This document shows positions 49,588 through 58,929 of a DNA stretch of 64,000 nucleotides, one piece after another. The notes under the pieces are model-generated. The model was not told where the DNA came from and did no database searches. It saw only the letters and a program-made list of their open reading frames with translations. The DNA comes from an uncultured Desulfospira sp. GTDB taxonomy: Bacteria > Desulfobacterota > Desulfobacteria > Desulfobacterales > Desulfobacteraceae. The stretch is taken from assembly GCA_963663165.1 (NCBI GenBank), contig OY760175.1:5408001-5472000 (forward strand). Reading direction: 5' to 3'. Position 1 is the stretch's first letter. Each line of letters begins with the position of its first letter. The position numbers and the translations under genes were made by a program.

Positions 49588-51151
49588 CGTTCCATCCTTT
49601 CTGATGTGTCATGGAAATATTGCAGAACTGGCAGATTTCCATTAAATCTGTAATCATTGTGGTTGTCCATTCTTGACTGTCTGCGCTATCATCGGGTTCT
49701 TTCCAGGGCATGTTCGGAACGCAGCCGAAACTTTCCATGGCGTTTCTAATGGCCAGTCTTTCTTTGCCCGGTTTGGAGCGGGTATACAGCTTTAAAAAAT
49801 CCAATGTCCCGTTCATTTTACCCTCAAACGGCGTGTAGCCAAGTCGCTTGAGCCGTGTCCGGGGAATGCCGGAATGCAAAAGTTCACGGGCACACTTCAG
49901 AAGACGTTCGGCATCTTCCAGCAGGTAAGGTTTTTGATATAGTTTGAGTTGGCCGTCATATTGGTGCAAATAATTATTCCTGCTGTGATGAACATGTAAA
50001 TGATTAAATTGGGGCGTGATATGAAAATCAATGTATGACGGGGCAAAAAAGCCCTCGGCAGACGGGTCCTTTGCGCCGGCTCGTTTTGCAGATGAGAGTA
50101 ACTCCTGGGCCTGGGTGAAAATCTGTGAAAATGGAGAATGGCTTTTGGCATAGGCGATCCCCAGGGAAACAGTAAGGCCTTTACCGTTTAACAGGTTGCT
50201 GAAAAAAGGATTTTCAGAAAATCGGCGTTGGGTTTTATCTGAAAATTTTTTGGATACCCCAATGGCAAATTCCAGGGCATGATTCGCCGACATATAAACC
50301 AGCAGGTCATCCCCGCCTAAAAGCAGGATATTGGCGGGCATAACGCCGGACACCGGGATACAATTTTCATAAAGAGCCTCATGACACGCCTGAGTAATGG
50401 ATTCATCAACTACATGCGAAAAGAAACGGAAATGATCTTTGTGATCAATCTGTCTGACTAATTTCCCCATGGCATTGCCGTCTGCATAAATTAAGGCCGT
50501 ATACCCCTTTTTCCCCTGACTGCATTCTCCGATTTCTTCAAATGTATTTGGTCTTTTAAACTGCTGGAGATCTTCATTTTTTGTTTCTACAAAAGCTGAA
50601 AAGTTCTTCCACAGTCCTTTTTTCTTGCCCCAATGGAGTTTGGTCGCACAGACATCGCAAAGTAAGAACTCACTGTCAGCATAATTGATGTATTGTGAGC
50701 CCGGTCCCCCACAACTGTCGCATTCACGAATAAACCCCGTGTGCAGAAGGGAACATGGAACCAAAGGGCTTTCATCTTTCATTCTTTTTAATTGAACAAA
50801 AGCTTGATCCAAAGACTCTGAGTAACGCTCTTCTTCATATTTCGCGATACCAAAAATGATTTTTAATGCCCCCCGACTTTCCCGGTTAAATACATGTTGC
50901 AGTGCCTTCATGGCTGCTTCCAAGGTGGCGGGTTCCGCATGGATAATGAACTGAGCGGCACCACCGCTGGAAAAGACACATTCAAAATCATCTTCGTTCA
51001 GTATTTCAGATAACAAGGCAGGGATTGTGTTTTTATTCAGCTCCGCCAGCAGGGCGCTGGCCCCTCGAATTTCCGCCAGTCGATCCGTTCCAAAGACATA
51101 TTTTTTAATGCCCGGCACATCCATAACAACAATAAATTTCTTTTTTTTCAT
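49577..51151 (-). CDS. cas10: Cas10 large subunit, no HD domain, palm intact
   Basis: GIKKYVF..LAEIRGAS, CxxC/CxxC, YADGNAMG, LLGGDD; GGAGG RBS before 51151. Confidence 0.95.
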   Translation of the reverse strand: MKKKKFIVVMDVPGIKKYVFGTDRLAEIRGASALLAELNKNTIPALLSEILNEDDFECVFSSGGAAQFIIHAEPATLEAAMKALQHVFNRESRGALKIIFGIAKYEEERYSESLDQAFVQLKRMKDESPLVPCSLLHTGFIRECDSCGGPGSQYINYADSEFLLCDVCATKLHWGKKKGLWKNFSAFVETKNEDLQQFKRPNTFEEIGECSQGKKGYTALIYADGNAMGKLVRQIDHKDHFRFFSHVVDESITQACHEALYENCIPVSGVMPANILLLGGDDLLVYMSANHALEFAIGVSKKFSDKTQRRFSENPFFSNLLNGKGLTVSLGIAYAKSHSPFSQIFTQAQELLSSAKRAGAKDPSAEGFFAPSYIDFHITPQFNHLHVHHSRNNYLHQYDGQLKLYQKPYLLEDAERLLKCARELLHSGIPRTRLKRLGYTPFEGKMNGTLDFLKLYTRSKPGKERLAIRNAMESFGCVPNMPWKEPDDSADSQEWTTTMITDLMEICQFCNISMTHQKGWNDAS

Positions 51152-51175
51152 AAGACCTCCAATCTTTACTTTGAC

Positions 51176-51205
51176 TACGGAATTCAATAGGCGTCCTTTA
51201 AAATT
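51176..51205 (-). promoter_or_regulatory. Putative ECF-sigma promoter of the cas10 operon
   Basis: aattttaaaggacgcctattgaattccgta on -, 25 nt before the ATG. Confidence 0.6.
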
Positions 51206-51224
51206 ATTTTTCGAAATAAGTGAC

Positions 51225-51527
51225 TCAAAAGACAATCGAACCTTTCAAAAGGGAAATCTGCCATTCGTTAAAATCCGGCAGTTTTTCAGGGATGATGTCC
51301 AGATTTGGGACCTCAAGGTAAGTTTTTATGCAGGACGACAGGGTGCCGTCCATATCCCCGGCGTCCACACGGGCCAGGGCATGGTTAAAAAAATCCGCTA
51401 CCAGGTTGATATCCTCAAAGATCCGCTCCAGGCTGCCCGTTGCAATCAGGTTCATGGAAGTCGGCCCTGGGTCAAGGCCTTCAGGGCCTGATTCATGCCT
51501 CCCATGAAAAAGAAATTCTTCCGCCAT
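51225..51527 (-). pseudogene. Collapsed remnant paralog of the Lon-TPR protein
   Basis: NLIATGSL, DINLVADFFNHAL, ARVDAGDM and WQISLL match the 21389-23491 product in the same order. Confidence 0.7.
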
Positions 51528-51584
51528 ACAGATACCGGCTGCCGGGCTCTGTCTACCTCTATGACCGCAAATGACGGTTGGTAT

Positions 51585-53339
51585 TTATTTTGCATCTGCT
51601 GGACAAAACAGCGTTGAGATTTTTACCGTTAATTCAGTATCCCTTATCATTTTTTTGATCCCCGGGAATATTTTGCAATTGTTTTCAGCCGCCTTGGTCA
51701 GCTCTTTTTGTACCAGATCAGCATCAATTTGTGAAAACCTTTCTGCCAGGTTGGAACATCCATTGAGAATAATCTCCATATACTTGTCGTTTTTTAAATT
51801 TTGCACCAGCGGCGTGTCGGCAAGGACCGCTTTTAGCATTTTGTTCAGCGATCCCATGCCGGTTTTTTTCCGACCTCGTCGTTTTTCATCCCGGAAAAAT
51901 CTCTCCAGAAGGTTATTCGTCCTCTGTGGTTGGACCGTAAAAATTCCGTCCGATGTGACGACTGGTATCGGGTCGGCAAAGAGCTTTTCCCAGTATTTGT
52001 CAATCTGTGCCACCATGTTAGCATAGGTTTTTTGTCTGTGTTTATTCTCAAGGAGCCAGTTCCTGAATTCAGTCACTTTTTCTTCAATACTTTTCATGTT
52101 CATGGAATCGCCATTATCATTAATGCCATTTTTGCCATCAGGAAGGGCAATTCGCATAGCACAACGCAGCTTGTCAAATACGGCTGCCTTTGATTCCATG
52201 TTTTTGGCAAGATCATTAAGACGCTTATCTTCTACGACTTTTATGACTACTTTATATAATTGGGAAAAGGCTCTGTTTAAATTTGCTGCCTCACTGAGGT
52301 TCACGGTCATGATTTGTTCCAGCAACCGGAGAACATCTTGAAGACGTCGATAAAAATCAAGGTATGGACGGTCAAAAGGGAAACCATATCCGTTGGATTG
52401 ATTTGGATAGTCAAATATCCAATGGATTAAAGCATATGCCATAATCGTGGGGATATGATCGAAATCAGTTGCCTGCCAATTCCCACTTTGAAGGCTCTCA
52501 ATAATTTCATCAATATCCTTGCCGACCGGATCAATTTTTTTCTCAAGATACTTGGCCTGCCTCCTCAATGCAGGTCGAACCTTGAGTTTCTTTAACCGTT
52601 TCTGCAAAAAACTATATTCATCAGCTAGCAGGTCTTTGCCAATGTCACGCAGGAAATGAAAATGACATATAAAATCGGGTGTCCCTGGGAAAACTTCCTC
52701 CACCGCACTGACAATCCCTTTACCCATATCGTGTACGAGTGCCCTTGGTTCACCATACTGCTCTTTGATGCTACGGAAAAATGGGATGAGCTCATCTTTT
52801 TTCTCTGAAGAAATTTTTACCGTATCAAGGACCAGTTCTGAGAGTCCGTCAAGGCCGCAAAATAGATTGGGGCTATCACCTTCACAAGTTCCATCCACAT
52901 GAAGGATATATCCTCCCCTGCTTGTGAAGAACTTTCGCAGAGCCGGCCGGCTCTGTCGGTGAGCCAGGGCAAGATAAATGATAAACTTACGGCCCAGAAA
53001 GCTGATCTCCCGTTCAGAGATGAATACATTCTTGATCGCCAATTCAGCCATGACCTCCTGATTGCTGAGACAACGGACAAAAAGTGCAAACCCCACCTCC
53101 ACAATGACATCAAACCCGAAAGTGCCGCCCCTGGGTACAAGGTTTCGAAGCTGTTCGGACCTGAACGTTCCGTGACCGTGGGGGCAATACAATACCGTTT
53201 CCTTGGCAAAATAGGCACCGATGTCCATGGTGACCCTGGTCTTCGTATCGGTTTTCTGAACATGGAGTGTAGAATTACAATCAGGGCATTTTAAAATTTC
53301 CGGGTAAAAATGCAAAGTCGGCTTTGCTGAGAATAGCAC
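51585..53339 (-). CDS. DDE transposase (CxxH class, IS256/ISL3/MULE-like)
   Basis: LHVDGT, LVHDMG, ICHFH, RTNNLLERFF; N-terminal CxxC. Confidence 0.85.
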   Translation of the reverse strand: MLFSAKPTLHFYPEILKCPDCNSTLHVQKTDTKTRVTMDIGAYFAKETVLYCPHGHGTFRSEQLRNLVPRGGTFGFDVIVEVGFALFVRCLSNQEVMAELAIKNVFISEREISFLGRKFIIYLALAHRQSRPALRKFFTSRGGYILHVDGTCEGDSPNLFCGLDGLSELVLDTVKISSEKKDELIPFFRSIKEQYGEPRALVHDMGKGIVSAVEEVFPGTPDFICHFHFLRDIGKDLLADEYSFLQKRLKKLKVRPALRRQAKYLEKKIDPVGKDIDEIIESLQSGNWQATDFDHIPTIMAYALIHWIFDYPNQSNGYGFPFDRPYLDFYRRLQDVLRLLEQIMTVNLSEAANLNRAFSQLYKVVIKVVEDKRLNDLAKNMESKAAVFDKLRCAMRIALPDGKNGINDNGDSMNMKSIEEKVTEFRNWLLENKHRQKTYANMVAQIDKYWEKLFADPIPVVTSDGIFTVQPQRTNNLLERFFRDEKRRGRKKTGMGSLNKMLKAVLADTPLVQNLKNDKYMEIILNGCSNLAERFSQIDADLVQKELTKAAENNCKIFPGIKKMIRDTELTVKISTLFCPADAK

Positions 53340-53389
53340 ACTAGTTTGGACGGACCCAGTCAGCTTGGAGATAAAGCTTTTGAGCAGTT

Positions 53390-54055
53390 TTAATGCTTGG
53401 AATCCGGAATTTTTTTTAACAACTCATGAGACTCCATAAATCCTTGGATATTAGCCGGCTTTAGTTTGCTCTTTTTGATCTCCGGCAAGCCCAAAATGTC
53501 TTCTGCGGATATGCCATGATGCCTGATAATAGCAACCAGAATCATGACTGCTTCCTGGTCAGAAATGGAAATAGCCGCTTGACGGAGGACAAGGGAACTC
53601 CTTTGTTTTACTTGATTTTTAAATATTGAAATGTTGTCAGAGAAGTAGACATAGACACCAGCGTGCTTTTCTCGACAGATACCCGGACAACTACGGAAAT
53701 GATGCACAAAGGATTGTGGTGATAACCCAAGAAGTTCACCAAGTTGTCTGCCGGTAAGCCCTTCAGATGAGGAGTTCACTAAATGGATAATGGTTTTTTT
53801 TAGATTACCATACTTAGAGAACGCGGCATTTTTAAATTGCCATATACCATAAACGTCAAATTGAGGGATTTCAGGCAAAGTATAATACTTCCCGTTTTGA
53901 TTGTAACTTGTGTAGGTCTTCCACTGTTTAAGTTTTGTTTGGGCAGTTCTGGAGGAACAATCCAGAATTGAAACAAGCTTTTTGAGGGTAAAAATTTTTT
54001 GTTTTTTAAGCGTTGATCTGGCCGATTCAATTTTTTGAACGTCGATAATAGGCAT
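53390..54055 (-). CDS. IS accessory protein (HTH-like)
   Basis: ORF inside the IS inverted repeats; TSYNQNGKYYTL, GLTGRQLGELLG. Start placed at MPIIDV. Confidence 0.7.
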   Translation of the reverse strand: MPIIDVQKIESARSTLKKQKIFTLKKLVSILDCSSRTAQTKLKQWKTYTSYNQNGKYYTLPEIPQFDVYGIWQFKNAAFSKYGNLKKTIIHLVNSSSEGLTGRQLGELLGLSPQSFVHHFRSCPGICREKHAGVYVYFSDNISIFKNQVKQRSSLVLRQAAISISDQEAVMILVAIIRHHGISAEDILGLPEIKKSKLKPANIQGFMESHELLKKIPDSKH

Positions 54056-54355
54056 GACAACCTCTCTTCGTAGTATATGATATTTGTGCCAAATAATATC
54101 ATATACTACGAAGCAATAACAGGAAAAATAATCCATTTCGCCCAGAATCTTAGAGTTTTTCGATTCAACGACTAAAACATATACTTTGCAAATTGAAACA
54201 AGTTGTATTAATTGAATTAAAAATCAGTTGGTTGAAAAAATCCAACTGTCATTTGCGGTTATAGGTCTACCTGTACCCTTTCAAGGTCTGTTTCGGCGGT
54301 GATGGTACGGCGCGGTTTTCCCCAGATAGAATTAAAAGTGAGTCTGGTTACGTCT

Positions 54356-54643
54356 TCAGGCATGACAACTTTCCTTTACTTTCATTGAGGCAGTTTTTGC
54401 GACACGGGATGACCAGCAGAATATTTTCCCGTCAGATGCCTCAGACCCCAAAGATCGAGGCCGTTTTATGAATTTTACCGGGTGTATTTTAATATGACGT
54501 TGGTACACCCGTTCCTTGAATATGACCTTTTTACAACCGATTATGCTAACTTTGTTGTTCTTTCCTACCAAGTCCCTGAGGTGCTTGTCAATTAATATCG
54601 GCTTGACTTTTTGAGAAACAGGCAATAATTGTATACTTCTCAT
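54356..54643 (-). CDS. Hypothetical basic protein
   Basis: 95-aa ORF directly after the ATPase gene, with an AAGGA RBS. Confidence 0.45.
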   Translation of the reverse strand: MRSIQLLPVSQKVKPILIDKHLRDLVGKNNKVSIIGCKKVIFKERVYQRHIKIHPVKFIKRPRSLGSEASDGKIFCWSSRVAKTASMKVKESCHA

Positions 54644-54657
54644 TAAAAGCAGTCCTT

Positions 54658-57162
54658 TCAGGCGTATGCCTGCCAGACGGCACGGCGATGCCGAATTTCC
54701 CTGTCAATGGCTGCAACATCCATCCCGTATTTCAGCGATGACGCTCTTTTTATTCCGGCAGCAATGCTTTCGTCATACCGGGTGTCATCCAGTACTGTCT
54801 CTAGGCTGAAAGGCGCAAGGGCGTTATTTTTTGTCTGCATCCGGACGTAAGCATGCCAATTGGGCAAAGAGATGATATCCTGCTTATCAAATACCGGTGA
54901 AAGTGAAACAGCCATCTCTTTTGCATCCTCCTGCCCAAGACGGAATATGGCAATCTGGCCTACATTTCCAAGAACGGCTGAAAGCAAATTATTCCGGGTG
55001 TTTTTGCCTCTGTTTTTCAACTGACCGGCATACTGGGTGGACAGAACAAGTCCCAACCGGTACTTCCGGGCCTCGGACAAAAGTTCCATAAAATTTTCAG
55101 CCGGAAGGTTGTGGGCTTCATCCACATAAAGAAAAAAGTCCCGGCGCTCTGACGGCGGCATTACAGCTCTTTTCATGGCAGCCAGTTTAAACCGGCTGAC
55201 AATCATGTTGACCAGGAACGCGGAGACCATGCTGCCAAACCGGCCCTTGCCCAGCTTCATTAAAAAAATTTTCCCCTGGTCCAGAATCTGTTCAAAACTA
55301 AAAGTGGTGTGTGACTGGCCGACAATTCTTTTCAGGACGGTATCCTGGAATCGTGAAAATTTGGAAATGACATAAGGCGCGATATTGGCAAGGGTAGCCT
55401 CGCCCCCGGCCCGTTCCGCCTGCGCCAGGAAATCATGGAGCTGATAATCATCCACTGTGGACTTAAGATAATCCCTGAATTCTTCATCCAGGAAAAAGGT
55501 GGGGAAATCCAGTATGGTGGGCGTAAAACCAGCCCTTTTTTTGTCACCCATCAATAATCCCATCGCCCCCCTGAAGTACTGCTCAAAAATAGGCCCCCCG
55601 GTCTGGGAGAGATCGTAACTATGGTGAATACACTGGTATATTTCATCAACGATAAGATCACGTTCCTGGAGCGTGTTCCATTCCAAAACATTAAAACCCA
55701 TGGGCCTTGACGGTTCAAGAGGATCAAAAAAGATCACGTCATCCGCCCGGTCTTCGGGAATCCGGGCCATGATATTATCAATCATATCCCCGTGAGGATC
55801 TATGACAGCCACACCTTTGCCGTTTTGAATATCCTGAACAATCATATTGCTCATCTGCGTGGATTTGCCGGTGCCTGTCTGCCCAATGATAAAGCTGTGC
55901 CGGAACCGGTCCTCATTGTTGATTCGAACAGGCTTTTGCCTCCCCTGGTACGTGTTCATACCAATGAGGACATCATCTGCGGCCAGGGGGTTTTCTTCGA
56001 TCATGGATAAAGCACTCCGGAATTTTTTTACCGGGAATCCGGGCGGGATCTCTTCAAAAGGAGGATTGGGCAGCCGGAAAGCACAGGAGGCCTCAAGGGC
56101 GGAGAACGGTTCAATGCTTTTTGGGATGTATTGCATTTCAACAGCGTTCTCAACACGGATCTGTGAAATCCGTGTGCCTGATTTCCATAAAGGATTCTGC
56201 TCGGAACGGCCTGACGGCCCGGTGATGGAATCGGCCAGAAGCTTGCCTAAAAACCCGTCCGGCTGACCGGCAGTCAACAGAAATACGCCAAGATCAAAGC
56301 TGCCCTCTGAAAGCTGATTCATCCGGTCAAGGATTTGCCTGCGAATGTCATCTGCCTGCTCTCTTAACGTCACATTATTATTAAACTTCATGTCCAGAAA
56401 CCGGTCGCACTTTTTTATCTTTTCTTCCATATTCCCGATATTTTTTGCAGTGAGCGCATGCTGCCTGATTCTGATGATAATTCTGACCGGATCAATATGA
56501 CTGAGCATCACATTCATCAGGGTGGACCAGTCGTCATCTGATGGGTACCAGGAAAAAACATGGCGAACCATATAGTTTTCTGAACCGCCAAAATTGTCGG
56601 CGGCCGGGGCGGTATACCCGATTCTGCCCGGGGAGAACGGGGCTTGCAGACAGACCTTTTCCGTCTTCCGATGGATCATCAGGGCAGAGTGAAACGGCGT
56701 TGTATTTGTTATCAGCATCACTTTCCTGTGATCGGAAACCACCCGGAAATCCGCTTCAGGGAAACATGAGGACAGAAGCGGCTTAACACTTAAGAAAGTT
56801 GCAATGATTTTTTCTTTAACTGTCTGTTCACTGGCATTCTTACAATGGATGGCCAATGCAATTTCCAGCCTGTTTCCTGCCGGATCACTCAGGCTGGGAA
56901 AAGAGGTCATTATCAGCTCCAGGGAAACTGATTTATCAAGGAACGACAAGGACCGGGTGAATGCAAGCCGTTTTTTCTGCAGATTGGCAGGACTGATCCT
57001 GTTAAGGGCTGCAATGCGGCTGTCCCTGACCTGTGAATCAATCATCAAAAGTTCTCCCTGGAGAATAGAATCCAGACGCAGCAGGGCCGTACCCTCAAAC
57101 GCATCCTTTGCTTTTCGGATCACAATTGCCGGGAAAAATGTCAATGGTTTCTCCTTATACAT
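54658..57162 (-). CDS. HerA/FtsK-superfamily ATPase (VirD4/TraG/VirB4-like)
   Basis: RHSFIIGQTGTGKST, VIDPHGD, LYVDEAHN, SEARKYRLGLVLSTQ. Confidence 0.88.
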   Translation of the reverse strand: MYKEKPLTFFPAIVIRKAKDAFEGTALLRLDSILQGELLMIDSQVRDSRIAALNRISPANLQKKRLAFTRSLSFLDKSVSLELIMTSFPSLSDPAGNRLEIALAIHCKNASEQTVKEKIIATFLSVKPLLSSCFPEADFRVVSDHRKVMLITNTTPFHSALMIHRKTEKVCLQAPFSPGRIGYTAPAADNFGGSENYMVRHVFSWYPSDDDWSTLMNVMLSHIDPVRIIIRIRQHALTAKNIGNMEEKIKKCDRFLDMKFNNNVTLREQADDIRRQILDRMNQLSEGSFDLGVFLLTAGQPDGFLGKLLADSITGPSGRSEQNPLWKSGTRISQIRVENAVEMQYIPKSIEPFSALEASCAFRLPNPPFEEIPPGFPVKKFRSALSMIEENPLAADDVLIGMNTYQGRQKPVRINNEDRFRHSFIIGQTGTGKSTQMSNMIVQDIQNGKGVAVIDPHGDMIDNIMARIPEDRADDVIFFDPLEPSRPMGFNVLEWNTLQERDLIVDEIYQCIHHSYDLSQTGGPIFEQYFRGAMGLLMGDKKRAGFTPTILDFPTFFLDEEFRDYLKSTVDDYQLHDFLAQAERAGGEATLANIAPYVISKFSRFQDTVLKRIVGQSHTTFSFEQILDQGKIFLMKLGKGRFGSMVSAFLVNMIVSRFKLAAMKRAVMPPSERRDFFLYVDEAHNLPAENFMELLSEARKYRLGLVLSTQYAGQLKNRGKNTRNNLLSAVLGNVGQIAIFRLGQEDAKEMAVSLSPVFDKQDIISLPNWHAYVRMQTKNNALAPFSLETVLDDTRYDESIAAGIKRASSLKYGMDVAAIDREIRHRRAVWQAYA

Positions 57163-57221
57163 TTTTAAAAACCTCTCCTGGTTACGCCGGGTAAAAATCT
57201 CGCAGCAGGCAGGACGCCGTG

Positions 57222-57431
57222 TTATCCTGGTAAATTTAGATTCAACTGCCTTGATATGGCCTCGTCAGGCAACCCCATGCGCTTAAGTTCGGCCGCCATC
57301 TCACGCTTGACGGCATTATTCCGCAGATGCCGTAAGGTATTGCACCCATCCCCTTTTACCGTCTCTGCCGGTCTCTGCTCTGGCCGGCCTGCCAACCTGC
57401 CTTTTTCCGGGATATTTATCAACTCTGCCAT
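57222..57431 (-). CDS. Small protein with a C-terminal HTH-like tail
   Basis: REMAAELKRMGLPDEAISRQLNL; GGGAG RBS. Confidence 0.55.
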   Translation of the reverse strand: MAELINIPEKGRLAGRPEQRPAETVKGDGCNTLRHLRNNAVKREMAAELKRMGLPDEAISRQLNLNLPG

Positions 57432-57438
57432 ACTCCCC

Positions 57439-57636
57439 TTACAATAATTTTTCTTTCAGAAAACGGATGGTTTTGCCCGTCGCAATACTGATGCCCCTGG
57501 CGCAGCCGTTCATATCATCACAGTATGACTGGGGTGCATCCATGCTGATTTTACGTTCGACATCCCTTTGCGCCTCAATCAACATCTGCTCCAGTTCTTC
57601 AATTACTTTTTTGATCCTGTACTTTGTTTTAATCAT
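57439..57636 (-). CDS. Small helical hypothetical protein
   Basis: 65 aa; AGGAGG RBS. Confidence 0.6.
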   Translation of the reverse strand: MIKTKYRIKKVIEELEQMLIEAQRDVERKISMDAPQSYCDDMNGCARGISIATGKTIRFLKEKLL

Positions 57637-57672
57637 TGTCCCCTCCTTTTACTGTTTTTGCGGGCAAGCACA

Positions 57673-58194
57673 TCACCTGACCGGTTTACCGGATTTAATG
57701 ATCTTCGGGTGTTTCCCGTACACGTCGGCCGGGATAAAAACGCAAGACTGCCCCGGAGATTTAACAGACTGGTACTTTATGGCCTTTCCTTTTTTTGCGG
57801 CTGCTGCTCCCATCTTTCCCCCGAGTTTTGGGCCGATGACATTTTTTTTTACAGTGCCCCTCAAATCTTTGTACTTTACCTGTTTTTTGATGCTGGCAGG
57901 GGTGGGCTTTCTCATATTGATTGTATTGTTCTTCAGGTAATTGCTTTCCTTGAATCTGATTACGGCATCAGCGGCTTTTGATTCCACTTTTGCGGTTTTC
58001 CCTTTAGGGGCCAGATACACCCCTTTGCCGAATCTGGCGGCGCTTTTCATTTTTGCTCGGCTGAAGCCTTTCTGCAGAATTTTCCTGGCTGCCGCTTTCC
58101 GGGTGGCGTGAAATAAAAACGCATGGCAGGGCGCATGGTACAGCCCGGCATCCAGCAGCATAATACAGGCCAAACACAGCATTGATCGTTTCAT
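57673..58194 (-). CDS. Signal-peptide-bearing basic protein with ADP-ribosyltransferase (PARP-like) motifs
   Basis: Hydrophobic N-terminus, then LFHAT..AARKILQKGF...RFGKGVYLA; GGAGG RBS. Confidence 0.6.
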   Translation of the reverse strand: MKRSMLCLACIMLLDAGLYHAPCHAFLFHATRKAAARKILQKGFSRAKMKSAARFGKGVYLAPKGKTAKVESKAADAVIRFKESNYLKNNTINMRKPTPASIKKQVKYKDLRGTVKKNVIGPKLGGKMGAAAAKKGKAIKYQSVKSPGQSCVFIPADVYGKHPKIIKSGKPVR

Positions 58195-58273
58195 TGGATT
58201 CCTCCTTCCATTCAAGGTTTTGATTCAAGGTTTTGATGCCCCCTTATTTTAATTCTTCACCTGTAACAGAATA

Positions 58274-58303
58274 TACGGAGATGATTTTTTAAATTTCAAA
58301 AAA
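58274..58303 (-). promoter_or_regulatory. Putative ECF-sigma promoter
   Basis: ttttttgaaatttaaaaaatcatctccgta on -. Confidence 0.55.
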
Positions 58304-58313
58304 ATCTTGTGAG

Positions 58314-58757
58314 TCATGGCTGCAAGTCTTCCCAGAGTTCCCTGGCCTCATCAATCCACCCCTCACATTGTTCCTGGGTGAACTCATCCATGGGAATCCG
58401 CGTGACCCAGTAATTAAATTTCCGCAGCCGTTTCACCATGGCAGGCCCCCGGGTCTGGTTGACGGAATGAACCAGTATGGGCACATCATTGGGAATGTGA
58501 CGGATCAGGGTGTCCACCACCGTCATCCCGGTTAAAAGCTGATCGGCATCATTCACCGTATGTTCCTGGAGATCATGATCCAGCATTATCCCGGCATATA
58601 CATGGCCTTTGTCCCTCCGGATTAAACCGATTGCCTTGCCTGCACTGGTAACGACCACAGGCCTTGCATCCGCAGGCAGCCAGGCTTTAAGCAAATTGGC
58701 CCGCTCAATATTATCCTCCACGATAAGAATGCGAAAAAACCGCTTTGGTCCGGCCAT
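58314..58757 (-). CDS. Cyclic-phosphate-processing receiver-like (cREC) protein
   Basis: ILIVEDN, LDHDL, TG, ILVHSVN motifs; AGGAG RBS before MAGPK. Confidence 0.72.
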   Translation of the reverse strand: MAGPKRFFRILIVEDNIERANLLKAWLPADARPVVVTSAGKAIGLIRRDKGHVYAGIMLDHDLQEHTVNDADQLLTGMTVVDTLIRHIPNDVPILVHSVNQTRGPAMVKRLRKFNYWVTRIPMDEFTQEQCEGWIDEARELWEDLQP

Positions 58758-58895
58758 ACCTTTTCTCCTGTATTTTAAAATCCGAGGAATTGAGGGGGGG
58801 GTGATAACATACGCCAGGCACATCAACTGATGCCTGGCATATGTTCTTTATTCCTGGCAGCGTCCTGGAGCAGATGCCGTCATTATGATAAGAGA

Positions 58896-58925
58896 TACGG
58901 AGATGTTTTTTGAAAATTAAAAAAT
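58896..58925 (-). promoter_or_regulatory. Putative ECF-sigma promoter
   Basis: attttttaattttcaaaaaacatctccgta on -. Confidence 0.55.
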
Positions 58926-58929
58926 CAGA

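Larger units (their letters stand above)
51559..54264 (-). mobile_element. Complete two-gene IS (2706 bp) with 23-bp IRs and an 8-bp target duplication
   Basis: ctatgaccgcaaatgacggttgg vs ccaactgtcatttgcggttatag (2 mismatches); gtctacct at 51551-51558 and 54265-54272. Confidence 0.92.

Noticed and set aside
54658..57162. Conjugative element/ICE
   Set aside because: No relaxase, integrase or mating-pair genes were recognised in the window.
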